The position numbers and the translations under genes are program-made. Shown here piece by piece: positions 43,133 through 52,838 of a DNA stretch of 61,967 nt; within the stretch, counting starts at the first letter, position 1; every line of letters starts with the position of its first letter. The stretch is taken from positions 1 to 61,967 of the forward strand of contig CAXXSM010000027.1 of the NCBI GenBank assembly GCA_963663405.2, given 5' to 3'. The notes under the pieces are model-generated. The model did not search any database and had not been told where the DNA came from. It saw only the letters and a list, made by a program, of their open reading frames with translations. Origin of the DNA: a bacterium (GTDB lineage: Bacteria; Hinthialibacterota; Hinthialibacteria; Hinthialibacterales; Hinthialibacteraceae).

Positions 43133-43981
43133 TCACATCAGATCGGCGAACACGGCGTTGATCCGATCCTGAGCCTCGTGGCGAAGCGGCTCAGTCAAAT
43201 GAGTGTAGATCTGTGTCGAACGAATACTGGAATGGCCGAGAAGAATCTGGACAACGCGCAGGCTTTCGCCGTTCTCCAGCAATCTGCTGGCAAACGAATG
43301 ACGCATCGAATGCGGCTTCACATCGTCTGTCAGCCCGGTAGCGTTACAGGCCAAGCGAAACGCTTTGCCGAGTGTCGATGAGGGAATGTGGTTGGAGCCT
43401 TGTTGGTTGGGGAATAGCCAGGTGGGATGGCGATGCATCAACCAGAGTTCACGCATCGGCTCCAACAAGGTGTCCGGGAGAGGAACGATTCGCTCTTTAT
43501 CGCCCCTTCCCAATAATCCGTAAACTCATTTGGTTGGAATCGATCTGCCGCACCGGAAGAGAGATGACTTCACTGGTCCGAAGGCCGCACGCATACATCA
43601 ACGTTAGAGCCAACCGGTAGGGCGTTTTCCTGACGGCGGCCAGGAGGGCGCGAACTTGGGAATGGGTTAATGAATGCGGCAGGCGCTTTTGGCGAGGCTT
43701 ACGAATCTTTTTTTTGCAAACAACGGCCACCCCAGATCCAGCGTGGTTTGATAAAGAAATTTCAGCGCGCTGTAGTGGACCTGAAACGTTCCGAGAGCGA
43801 CTTTCTTCACGTCTCGCAAATTCAGTAAATAGACCCGGACGAGTTCCTCGCTAATGCATTCTGGCGAGCAATCAAATTCTAGAGCGAATGAGGCGACGGC
43901 TCGGACGTATGCTTTTTGCGTGCCTTCGCTCAGTCCTGCTAACGTCATGTCTTCGATCATGCGTTTCCGTAATGATTTCAT
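43133..43981 (-). pseudogene. Tyrosine recombinase, copy 3, with extra +1 frameshift at GKG|DK
   Basis: CGCCCCTTCC at 43501-43510 versus CGCCCTTCC in copy 2; may be a sequencing error. Confidence 0.7.
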
Positions 43982-44201
43982 GATCTTTCTCCTGTAAATA
44001 AGTAGTGGTTGGCAGTCTTACAGCCACTGCCTTCTCAGAAGAAATACATGACAACTCAGGAGATTTCGCAAGGGGATTGTTCAACTAGAAAATTCGGCGT
44101 ACGACACTCTGCGGCGGAGCCGCTTCGTCCAATGGATTTTTTACGATTTCTGTACATTTTGGACTGGCTCGTAAATTCATGTTTTTGAGGAGGTTAGAAA
44201 G

Positions 44202-44275
44202 TGGGCCATATAGGAATCGAACCTATAACCTGCCGATTAAGAGTCGGATGCTCTGCCTAGTTGAGCTAATGGCCC
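44202..44275 (-). tRNA. tRNA-Lys (anticodon CTT), CCA not encoded
   Basis: GGGCCATTAGCTCAACTAGGCAGAGCATCCGACTCTTAATCGGCAGGTTATAGGTTCGATTCCTATATGGCCCA: acceptor stem GGGCCAT/ATGGCCC, anticodon loop CTCTTAA, T-loop GTTCGATTC. Confidence 0.93.
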
Positions 44276-44631
44276 ATTTTTTGGTGTTTTTAAATTACAG
44301 CAGAAAACCACATTTGTGGAGACTTGGAAATTCTTATTCTATGTATTATCGGCAGGAACATGGAAAACAACAAGTGGTAACTGACTGATCGGGACTTTTT
44401 TTTAATCTTCAGAACAATCCTTATTCTCAGTTCTGGGATCATGCTCCTTCCTGCGCGCCTCATGTTTGAATAGAAAAGGATTTGACATATTATTTTGGGA
44501 TATAAAGAAATATTACATTTTTCTTTTACTCTGTCTTTCAGGTCTGATTTTTGCTCAAATAAATGATATTATATAATCTAACGAACAGGTTTGCGCCATC
44601 TTGGCGCGGACAGGGGCAGGTTTTAGCCAAA

Positions 44632-45771
44632 ATGGCAAAGAAACGTGATTATTATGAAGTTCTGAACGTCTCGCGTGACGCGTCGAACGATGAAATAAAA
44701 AAAGCGTATCGCAAAAAAGCGCTCAAATATCATCCAGACAGGAATCCTGGTGATAAAGAAGCGGAAGACAAATTTAAAGAAGCGACAGAAGCGTACGAAG
44801 TTTTAAGCGATTCGACGAAACGGAACAACTATAACCAGTTCGGCCACGCGGGTGTGGACGGGGCTGGTTATGGATCCAGTGGTTTCGGCGGCGCCGCGTT
44901 TCGTGACTTTCAGGATATTTTTGGTGATTTCGGCGACATCTTTGATGAATTCTTCGGAGGCGGCCGGGGCCGTGGGCGATCGTCCTCACGCGCCCGCCGG
45001 GGAGACGATCTCCGATACGATTTAGAAATTTCACTGATTGACGCCTTTAATGGAATCGAAAAAAGCATTGAAGTGCCTTCCCATATTCACTGCGAAACCT
45101 GTTCGGGAACTGGATGCGCGCCGGGATATTCACCCGAAACGTGTCCACAGTGCGGCGGCACTGGCCAAGTCAGTCTTTCGCAAGGCTTTTTCAGCATCTC
45201 CCGCACATGCAACCGGTGCGGCGGAACCGGCCGGACCATCACGCACCCTTGTGTCCAATGTCATGGAACCGGGCGGGTGATGCGGCGGCGGAAAGTGAGC
45301 GTCAAAATTCCACCCGGCGCCTGGACAGGCCTGAAGATGAAAATCCCCGGCGAAGGCGAGGCGGGTTACAATGGTGGACCGAAAGGCGATCTTTATATCG
45401 TCCTATCTGTTGCGCCGCATCCGATTTTCCAGCGGGATGGGGAAAATCTAAGCTGCGAGATCCCCATCTCCTTCACCCAAGCCGCTCTGGGTTCCGAAAT
45501 TCCCGTTCCGACATTGACAGGGAACGTCAAAATGAAAATCCCCGCAGGCACGCAAACCGGAAAAACGTTCCGGTTAAGCGGCAAGGGGATGCCAAGTCTC
45601 CGCGGCTATGGAAAAGGCGACCAGCTCGTTCGTGTGGTCGTAGAAGTTCCGACAAAATTGAGCACTAAGCAGCGTGAATTGCTGGAAGAATTCGCCCGGA
45701 TCAGTGGGGAAGACACAAATCCACAATCCCAATCATTTTTCAATCGGGTGAAGCAGGTATTCGGCGGATAA
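44632..45771 (+). CDS. dnaJ: Chaperone DnaJ
   Basis: [11 protein letters not shown] motif, G/F region, four CxxCxGxG repeats. Confidence 0.97.
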   Translation: MAKKRDYYEVLNVSRDASNDEIKKAYRKKALKYHPDRNPGDKEAEDKFKEATEAYEVLSDSTKRNNYNQFGHAGVDGAGYGSSGFGGAAFRDFQDIFGDFGDIFDEFFGGGRGRGRSSSRARRGDDLRYDLEISLIDAFNGIEKSIEVPSHIHCETCSGTGCAPGYSPETCPQCGGTGQVSLSQGFFSISRTCNRCGGTGRTITHPCVQCHGTGRVMRRRKVSVKIPPGAWTGLKMKIPGEGEAGYNGGPKGDLYIVLSVAPHPIFQRDGENLSCEIPISFTQAALGSEIPVPTLTGNVKMKIPAGTQTGKTFRLSGKGMPSLRGYGKGDQLVRVVVEVPTKLSTKQRELLEEFARISGEDTNPQSQSFFNRVKQVFGG

Positions 45772-45831
45772 ACGTTGTTTTACCCAATAAAGGATTAACT
45801 GCGGCCCAGAGTATCTGAAGGGAGAATCATC

Positions 45832-46107
45832 ATGAAAAGCGCTTACGAACTGGCGATGGAACGCTTGGAAAAGGAAAGCCCATCGGGTCCTTCACTCACG
45901 GATGAGCAAAAAGCCCAACTCGCCGAAATCGATTCCAAATACAAAGCGAAAATCGCGGAAGTCAAAATACTTGCCGAACAAGATTTGAAACAAGCGGCGA
46001 CAATGGAAGAGATCGAAACAATCAAAGAACGCCAGCAAACCGATACCCGCCGGCTTGAATCCGAATGCGAAGAAAAGAAAAACGAAGCGCGTCAGCAGAA
46101 CAAATAA
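45832..46107 (+). CDS. Small helical hypothetical protein
   Basis: MKSAYELAMERL...; GGGAG RBS upstream. Confidence 0.75.
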   Translation: MKSAYELAMERLEKESPSGPSLTDEQKAQLAEIDSKYKAKIAEVKILAEQDLKQAATMEEIETIKERQQTDTRRLESECEEKKNEARQQNK

Positions 46108-46189
46108 AATTAGCACTACCCGTCAAGTCGAGAAAAAAGTTATTATTTGGTCAAAATAATCCTGCCTCTTCCAAAAATAAAGACTGCGT

Positions 46190-46483
46190 TCAATCATCCC
46201 CTTTCTTCTGTTCTTCCACTTGTGCAAGAGCGTCAAGCATTGTGCCCACCCGGCCCCGTGGCGGCGCAGCGAAGACTTTCTCCATCTCTTCAGGGCTGAA
46301 ATTTTCCTTGAGATATTGTTCTACCTCTATGCGTTCTCCCCAACAAGCGAAAAGTAGATGGCAGGGAAGCGCAAAATTCATCCGGCGGCAATATTCAAAG
46401 GTAACCGGCCCGCCTAATTGAGGGCAGCGCCATTTTTCCTCCGAATCATATTTCTTTAATGTCGGCCGATCGATTTCCGTCAT
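46190..46483 (-). CDS. Cys-containing hypothetical protein
   Basis: RCPQLGGPVTFEYCR...LPC...CW, four Cys. Confidence 0.65.
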   Translation of the reverse strand: MTEIDRPTLKKYDSEEKWRCPQLGGPVTFEYCRRMNFALPCHLLFACWGERIEVEQYLKENFSPEEMEKVFAAPPRGRVGTMLDALAQVEEQKKGDD

Positions 46484-46672
46484 GGTTCATTGCTCTTTTC
46501 TATATAAGAATCATCTTAATTCTACTAGCGTCACAACAATTATGAAAGCGGCTGTTGGACACTCTCTCCTGTTAGAGTGAATTCAAAAACAGAAGTATCA
46601 CTCAAGTTCTCCAATAAGACAAACTACACTATCCTATCCAAAACCACTTTTTTCTTCAAAGGATAACGATAG

Positions 46673-47293
46673 ATGAATCCGCAATTCATACCGAAGGTTC
46701 CATTGCATCAGGAATTGAGTGAAGAAGATCGTACACGGCTCCGTACCCGTCTCATGGAGATCATCAAAGAAAAATCCTTGAAAATCGCGCCTCCTGACAA
46801 GCCGTTTATCCTGACCTCCGGCCAGGAATCCACTTATTACATCAATGGAAAGAAAACAACCGCCGATCCGGAAGGTTTATATTGTCTTGCCCGTCTAATT
46901 CTAGAATCAATTAAAGAGAAAAAAATCGACGCGGTTGGCGGTCCCACATTGGGCGCCGATCCCATCGTGGGCGCAATCGCCGTGATGAGCCATCTGATGG
47001 AACGCCCCATCCCGCTTTTCATTGTTCGCAAAGAATCCAAAAAACACGGGACGCAGGATCAAATCGAAGGAGCGGATATCCAAGGAAAACGGGTTGTCAT
47101 TATCGAAGACGTCATCACCACCGGTGGTTCAGTATTCAAAGCGATCGAAGCGGTTCAACAAGGCGGCGCTACGATCATTGATATCATCGCAATCGTCGAT
47201 CGCGAACAAGGAGGCAAAGAAGCCTTCGCCGAACGAAACATCCCCTATCATCCCATCTTCACAATATCCGAAATCCTGCCTTCGTTGAAATAA
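46673..47293 (+). CDS. pyrE: Orotate phosphoribosyltransferase
   Basis: F.LTSG..S.YY, GGPTLGADP, VRKESKKHG, IIEDVITTGGS (PRPP loop), VDREQGG. Confidence 0.95.
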   Translation: MNPQFIPKVPLHQELSEEDRTRLRTRLMEIIKEKSLKIAPPDKPFILTSGQESTYYINGKKTTADPEGLYCLARLILESIKEKKIDAVGGPTLGADPIVGAIAVMSHLMERPIPLFIVRKESKKHGTQDQIEGADIQGKRVVIIEDVITTGGSVFKAIEAVQQGGATIIDIIAIVDREQGGKEAFAERNIPYHPIFTISEILPSLK

Positions 47294-47329
47294 AAATAAC
47301 GATTACCAGTCTGACGCATATGCTTTATT
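47201..47329 (+). repeat. 129-bp direct repeat, copy A (pyrE 3' end and downstream)
   Basis: Identical to 51532-51660. Confidence 0.9.
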
Positions 47330-47589
47330 TGGAAGAAAGCAGACGCTTATGATCTCTGTAAACATAGCGCGTGTCCGGTGAAGCGGTATGTTGTATCAAA
47401 CAACGATTAATTCGGGTTGGCTCTGTTTAAAACGTAGATAGAAATTTAATAAAAATGGCCGTTTTCATAAGCAAACACGGCGCCACGCTTCTTTCTGTGG
47501 ATCGTAATAGGAATGTTCGAAATATCCTATAGGACTCTTATATCGTTACGAGCTGGATCCAAGATCATAAATTTCATTTGGTATAATTT

Positions 47590-49920
47590 CAGACCTCCTG
47601 AGCTGGGCCGGGGGATTCCGTAGAGTTGATGATTTTGGCAAGATACCTTTTTGGGGATAAAAATGATCGATCCAAAAAGGAGCCCAGTTGATGCCACAAG
47701 GATTCTTACCCCACTTTGCCGATGTCGAGGAAGGCTACATCACCGATGTACTCTCGTACCGGAAGCAGGACGGTTCGGTCTATTATTTTCATGGCGCCTT
47801 TCCTATTTACACGCATCCAGAAACCGATCAAAAGAGTTTCCGTTTGATTACCAGTCAGTTTATCGTGAACGGGCAATGCACACAGATGGAGATCGTTCGA
47901 GCGTTTGGCGTGAGCGTGATCAGTGTGAAGCGGTGGGTCAAGAAATACCGGGAAGGTGGAGCGGCGGCGTTTTTTGAAACGCCTCGAACACGAGGCGCGC
48001 ATGTCTTGACGAAAGACGTTCTCCAGCAAGCGCAAGAGTTCTTGAACGAGGGGCTCTCTCGAGCGGAGATCGCCGATCAGTTGGGCCTTAAGCGGAATAC
48101 GTTGAATAAGGCGATCCAAGCCGGCCGCCTGGTGGAGCCGCTAAAAAAAACGATGCCGGAGGCCGCCCGAAAAGCGAGCGAAGCGTAGAAGACAGCCAAG
48201 CGGCGATGGGGATGGGCTGTACGCGAATGGTGGAGCGGGTCTGCGCGGCGACCGGGCAGTTGGAGGAAGCCCCGACTCGTTTCGAGACGGAATTGGATGT
48301 GGCGCAAGGCGGCGTGTTATGGGCGATGCCCGCGTTACTCGCCAACGGGCTGCTGAAGAATGTCTCGAAGAACTTTTCTCTCCCCAAAGGATTTTACAGT
48401 TGCGTCCACATTTTTATTGTGTTGGCTTTCATGGCGTTGACGCGGATCAAAACGCCAGAACAGTTGCGCTATCATCCCGCGGGGGAAGGGGGCAAGTTAC
48501 TGGGCTTAGATCGAATTCCCGAAGTGCGGACCCTGCGGGAAAAAATCAAAATTCTCGCCCAACCAGACCAGATCAAAGAATGGGGGGACGAATTGTCCCG
48601 GGAGTGGATGGAGGCGGATCCGGACGCGGCGGGCGTTTTATATGTCGATGGTCATGTCCGCGTCTATCACGGTTCGCAAACGAAACTGCCCCGCCGCTAT
48701 GTCGCGCGTCAACGATTATGTTTGCGTGGACTCACCGACTATTGGGTGAACGACGGCGAAGGCCGCCCCTTCTTTGTGGTGAGCACTCCATTCACCACCG
48801 GCTTGTTGGATCGGCTCAAACAAGACATTGTTCCACAGTTGCTAAAAGATGTTCCCCATCAACCCACGGCCGAAAACCTTGAATCCAATCCCTATCTCCA
48901 CCGGTTCGTCCTGGTGTTCGACCGGGAAGGCTATAGCCCCGGATTCTTCGCTCAGATGTGGGATTCGCGGATCGCGTGTCAAACGTACCGCAAGTTTCAG
49001 GGAGAAGATTGGCCAGTTTCAGAATTCGAGACAGTGAATGTGCGTCTGCCTGGTGGGCATGAATCGCCGATGCGCTTGGCCGAGAGAGGCGTCTTTCTGG
49101 GAGGAAAAATCTGGGTGCGGGAGATTCGCAAGTTGGGGGATACAGGGCATCAAACCGCTGTGATCAGTACGGATTATACATCGGATGCGAGTCAACTGGC
49201 GGCGCATATGTTCGCGCGTTGGTGTCAGGAAAACTTCTTTCGGTACATGATGGAACACTTTCATTTAGATGGACTTATCGGGTATGAAACGGTCTTGCCG
49301 GATGAGACGGTGAAAGTGGTGAATCCGGCCTATCGGAAATTGGAAAGCCAGATCAAAAGCCTGGCGGGGAAAAAGACTCGAAAGCAAGCGGAATTCGGCG
49401 CCCTTGTCCTAAAGGAATCCTCCGATCCGAAAGAGATCGAATGCTATGAAATCCAGAAAGGCGCCCTCCTTGAAGAGATCGGAGGGATGGAGAAACAACT
49501 CGATGAGTTCAAGCGGAGCCGGAAGCAAACGAAAAAGCATATCGCGTTTGTGGACTTGCCAGAGGAGGCAAAATTTCACCAATTGGCTCCAGCGAAGAAA
49601 CAATTCATGGATACGATTCGAATGATTGCGTATCGGGCGGAAACGGCGATGGTGGCAATCCTGCGGGAGGTGCTGAGCCGGGGAGACGATGCGCGTTCGT
49701 TGGCGCGGGAAATCATGACCACTGAAGCGGATCTGATTCCCGATGAAAAAAATGAGACTCTCACCATTCGACTCCATCACTTGACCAACCGCCTTTCCGA
49801 TCAAGCCGCCCGCCATTTGGCCGCTCAATTGAATGAAACCGAAACCATTTATCCTGGCACGAATCTACGTCTCGTTTACCAATTGGTGTCAGATCAATAT
49901 CCCCCAGATCAGGAGGCCTG
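47590..49920 (+). mobile_element. 2331-bp DDE insertion sequence (family unassigned) with 5-bp TSD
   Basis: IRs CAGACCTCCTGAGCTGGG / CCCAGATCAGGAGGCCTG (16/18 match); AATTT at 47585-47589 and 49921-49925. Confidence 0.88.
47691..48188 (+). CDS. IS OrfA, double HTH DNA-binding part
   Basis: QMEIVRAFGVSVISVKRWVKKYREGG and LSRAEIADQLGL; AAGGAG RBS. Confidence 0.85.
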   Translation: MPQGFLPHFADVEEGYITDVLSYRKQDGSVYYFHGAFPIYTHPETDQKSFRLITSQFIVNGQCTQMEIVRAFGVSVISVKRWVKKYREGGAAAFFETPRTRGAHVLTKDVLQQAQEFLNEGLSRAEIADQLGLKRNTLNKAIQAGRLVEPLKKTMPEAARKASEA

Positions 49921-49921
49921 A
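48206..49921 (+). CDS. IS OrfB, DDE transposase (probably fused to OrfA by -1 frameshift)
   Basis: LYVDGH, VFDREGYS, RWCQENFFR; frame is open upstream to the A8 tract at 48143-48150. Confidence 0.85.
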   Translation: MGMGCTRMVERVCAATGQLEEAPTRFETELDVAQGGVLWAMPALLANGLLKNVSKNFSLPKGFYSCVHIFIVLAFMALTRIKTPEQLRYHPAGEGGKLLGLDRIPEVRTLREKIKILAQPDQIKEWGDELSREWMEADPDAAGVLYVDGHVRVYHGSQTKLPRRYVARQRLCLRGLTDYWVNDGEGRPFFVVSTPFTTGLLDRLKQDIVPQLLKDVPHQPTAENLESNPYLHRFVLVFDREGYSPGFFAQMWDSRIACQTYRKFQGEDWPVSEFETVNVRLPGGHESPMRLAERGVFLGGKIWVREIRKLGDTGHQTAVISTDYTSDASQLAAHMFARWCQENFFRYMMEHFHLDGLIGYETVLPDETVKVVNPAYRKLESQIKSLAGKKTRKQAEFGALVLKESSDPKEIECYEIQKGALLEEIGGMEKQLDEFKRSRKQTKKHIAFVDLPEEAKFHQLAPAKKQFMDTIRMIAYRAETAMVAILREVLSRGDDARSLAREIMTTEADLIPDEKNETLTIRLHHLTNRLSDQAARHLAAQLNETETIYPGTNLRLVYQLVSDQYPPDQEA

Positions 49922-49967
49922 ATTTACAATTGTGTTTTTGCAAAAAAAAGTTAGGTAGTGGAATGAT

Positions 49968-51056
49968 TTAAGAAGCCCACTCAAATTTATCTTTTAGTAA
50001 ATGGAAACGATTATATGGGATTTTTCTGTCATGTTGGAGCATCCCCACAATGATTCCCGGAGCGATCCCCATCAGATTCGAAAATTCGATTATGTTATCC
50101 TTTCGAAATGATCCATCGTTAATAAATCGATTCCATACCCGTTTTGGTACTAATAAATTTGTTGCAAATTCGTTTGCTTCTATTTCAAGCGGTTGATCAC
50201 ACTCGTTTTTTTCGGAATCGATGAAGGGTTCTTTCTTGCCGTGTAAAAGTATATGACCCGCCTCATGGAAGAATGTATACCAAAAATGATCGTTGGTCTT
50301 GTACCGCAGAGTCATTAAAATTATCGCTTTCGATGGTGTGAGCCAATACGCGGCGCCGCTAAGACGGTTTTTCCCGATTGGTGGAACGCAGGAAACGACA
50401 ACTCCCGATTGCTTGCATAATGCTTCCATTTTTGGAAAAAATACTCTCGGCGATTCATTGGTCAATCCACGAATCTCATATAATGCTTTTTTGAACTGTT
50501 TTTTATTAAATGGGGGCGTTTCTTGCTCTTCCGCGATCAATTCCCCGATTCGCAACCAGGAGAAAATATCTTCCGGGCGGCTCTTAAATGTTTGTGATTC
50601 CCGGTATTGTACAGTGAGAGATTGATATCGTTCTTTCCAAGTTTCAACGCTGCCATAGCCAAAGAAATCCAACAGAGCATCGACTTTTTCCACTGAATCA
50701 ACAGGTTTCTCTATGATTCCTCTCTCAACAAGTTCTTTTATCGGGAAACTCTTTGCCCATACCACACGTTTTTGCAGTTCCTTTCTTTCCCGGATTTTTT
50801 CTTCTCGAAGTCGGTAGTTGGATTCCATATTGATCCAGGTCAACGCAGGGACATCAAGAATCCGCTCAAATTGAAGCGCGGTTTTTGGAGTAATCGGCGC
50901 TTTTCCATTCACGATCTCGCTGATCGTCTTGGGAGAACAATTACAACGCCTAGCCAATTCCGCCTGATTCCAATTCCGGGTTTCTAGAATTTCCTCAACT
51001 AACCATCCCGGTGGAACACTATAATCAGGATCGTATTTATAGATCGTTTGGCTCAT
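49968..51056 (-). CDS. HigA-type HTH antitoxin fused to ImmA/IrrE-like metallopeptidase
   Basis: PPG...QAELARR...ISEIVNGKAPIT HTH; FFHEAGH (HExxH); E.EANEFA. Confidence 0.88.
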   Translation of the reverse strand: MSQTIYKYDPDYSVPPGWLVEEILETRNWNQAELARRCNCSPKTISEIVNGKAPITPKTALQFERILDVPALTWINMESNYRLREEKIRERKELQKRVVWAKSFPIKELVERGIIEKPVDSVEKVDALLDFFGYGSVETWKERYQSLTVQYRESQTFKSRPEDIFSWLRIGELIAEEQETPPFNKKQFKKALYEIRGLTNESPRVFFPKMEALCKQSGVVVSCVPPIGKNRLSGAAYWLTPSKAIILMTLRYKTNDHFWYTFFHEAGHILLHGKKEPFIDSEKNECDQPLEIEANEFATNLLVPKRVWNRFINDGSFRKDNIIEFSNLMGIAPGIIVGMLQHDRKIPYNRFHLLKDKFEWAS

Positions 51057-51083
51057 GGCAGTTACCTCTTATTCAAACAAATC

Positions 51084-51419
51084 TCAGTGGTAATCCTCAA
51101 TATCGATGATTAAAATTTTGGTGACGCGGGAGAGATCAATTCCTCCATCTTCCTTTTGTGGAACCGGATCGTGGTTAGGTTGAAAAGTCAGCCGTTCATT
51201 CGGACTCACGTCAACCGCGAACTGCCCCTTACGGTTTTCCGTGAGCTGATGACAACGAATCGGTTTAGTAACAGGGACATCCGCAAGCGTCGCTGAGGAT
51301 TCCAAAGCGCTCAATCTCAACTCAATTTTCCGGGTGAGTTTCTCTCCATATTTCTTAACTAAACCAGTGTGGCTATTTAGAATCTTGGCCTGCTTTTTTG
51401 TCTTGAAAACTATTTCCAT
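51084..51419 (-). CDS. HigB/RelE-like toxin (plasmid maintenance killer type)
   Basis: RCHQLTENRKGQFAVDV...RL.F.P...IEDYH, directly upstream of the HigA-like gene. Confidence 0.85.
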   Translation of the reverse strand: MEIVFKTKKQAKILNSHTGLVKKYGEKLTRKIELRLSALESSATLADVPVTKPIRCHQLTENRKGQFAVDVSPNERLTFQPNHDPVPQKEDGGIDLSRVTKILIIDIEDYH

Positions 51420-51531
51420 TCCAATCGCCGCCAAAATGTATTACCTAAAAGGTAACAAATAATTGTTATATCCGCAAGTTCTATTCTATATTATTTTATT
51501 ACGCCGCAGTTCCACCTCAGAAATCGCCGAA

Positions 51532-51660
51532 CGCGAACAAGGAGGCAAAGAAGCCTTCGCCGAACGAAACATCCCCTATCATCCCATCTTCACAATATCC
51601 GAAATCCTGCCTTCGTTGAAATAAAAATAACGATTACCAGTCTGACGCATATGCTTTATT
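51532..51660 (+). repeat. 129-bp direct repeat, copy B
   Basis: Identical to 47201-47329. Confidence 0.9.
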
Positions 51661-51837
51661 GGGAAGAGAATGGACGTCTGGAATCGTGGCGCATGCCCGT
51701 AGAAGCGATCCCGTTGTATCATACCGCGATCAAAACGGGCCGGTTCTATTTAGAACGACAGTATCAAATGATGAGTGTCCTAACAGGCTCAAAGACCCTA
51801 TGACCGTTTTCATATCTTTGAGAGATTACATCCCATA

Positions 51838-52422
51838 TTATGGAATAACCCGAATAATGTCTCCATAGCTTCGCAACCCATTAGATATATTAAAAACACC
51901 TGGATACGTATGTTCTCCATCCGGGCCGACACTAACGACATAACGGCCGTTTGGCCACATGCCCTGCGCTTTTTGATATTGAACGGGATCATCAATGAAG
52001 CGTAATGTCAAATTTGTGTAACTACTTGGATTCCCATCCATGTTGAGATTTCCATAGGAGTTGCCATAAAGGGGTTCGGGATGTAATTCGACCGCGCCGT
52101 TTGCGGATAATTGATTTTTGGTTACGTTCGTACCCGTCTGAAAAATATCAACCGGCATACTAGCGATATAAGCGGTCGGGGTTGTAATGGCGTTATTCAG
52201 CACATTTTGCGCATGCGATGTGTCGTGAAGCGCATATACACCGTAATCAAGGCGATACATTTCGTATGCGGTGGATAGCGCTTTAAAATTGGCTTCGACT
52301 TGTGATAGTTGCGCGCGGGTCTGCGCATTCAAAAAATTCGGAACCGCTATCGCCGCTAAAATCCCAATAATCGCAACAACGATTAACAGTTCAATGAGGG
52401 TAAAAGCGTTTCTGTGGAACAT
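51838..52422 (-). CDS. Type IV pilin / pseudopilin-like protein
   Basis: AFTLIELLIVVAIIGILAAIAVPNF N-methylation motif; SVGPDG. Confidence 0.88.
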   Translation of the reverse strand: MFHRNAFTLIELLIVVAIIGILAAIAVPNFLNAQTRAQLSQVEANFKALSTAYEMYRLDYGVYALHDTSHAQNVLNNAITTPTAYIASMPVDIFQTGTNVTKNQLSANGAVELHPEPLYGNSYGNLNMDGNPSSYTNLTLRFIDDPVQYQKAQGMWPNGRYVVSVGPDGEHTYPGVFNISNGLRSYGDIIRVIP

Positions 52423-52609
52423 TTGATCTCTCCCCAAATCAATATATATTCATACATAATACCATCTTTACACCAGTGATTTCTAAACTTCAAGGGTATA
52501 GCTGGGGGAAAATACACAAAAACTATGAAGTGGGAATAACTACGTATTTGCTTATGAAAAAGCCGTTTCAGTATCTAAACAGTGATTCATCCAGGTCACT
52601 TCACGCTCC

Positions 52610-52767
52610 AAAACCTTAAAAATAATGAGATTAACGCAATTGGCGGTCTAATGCTGGGCGTCGATCCCATCGTGGGCGCGATCGTCGACCGCGAACAAGG
52701 GGGCAAAGAAGCCTTCGCCAAACGGAACATCCCCTATTTACTATATCTGAAATCCTCCCATCGTTGA
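52610..52767 (+). pseudogene. pyrE: Degenerate, internally deleted pyrE remnant
   Basis: INAIGGLMLGVDPIVGA joined directly to IVDREQGGKEAFAKRNIPY; both segments match parts of 46673-47293. Confidence 0.8.
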
Positions 52768-52838
52768 AAACAACATAGTTTGCAAGAAAATTCTCTTATC
52801 ATCCTTTCAAAGGGAAGGGTATCATTTTAGTTATCCAA

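Larger units (their letters stand above)
41703..44132 (-). mobile_element. Tyrosine recombinase + Y2 transposase element, copy 3 (2430 bp)
   Basis: Same termini as copies 1 and 2; extra frameshift in the recombinase (~43505); diverged non-coding right segment. Confidence 0.92.
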
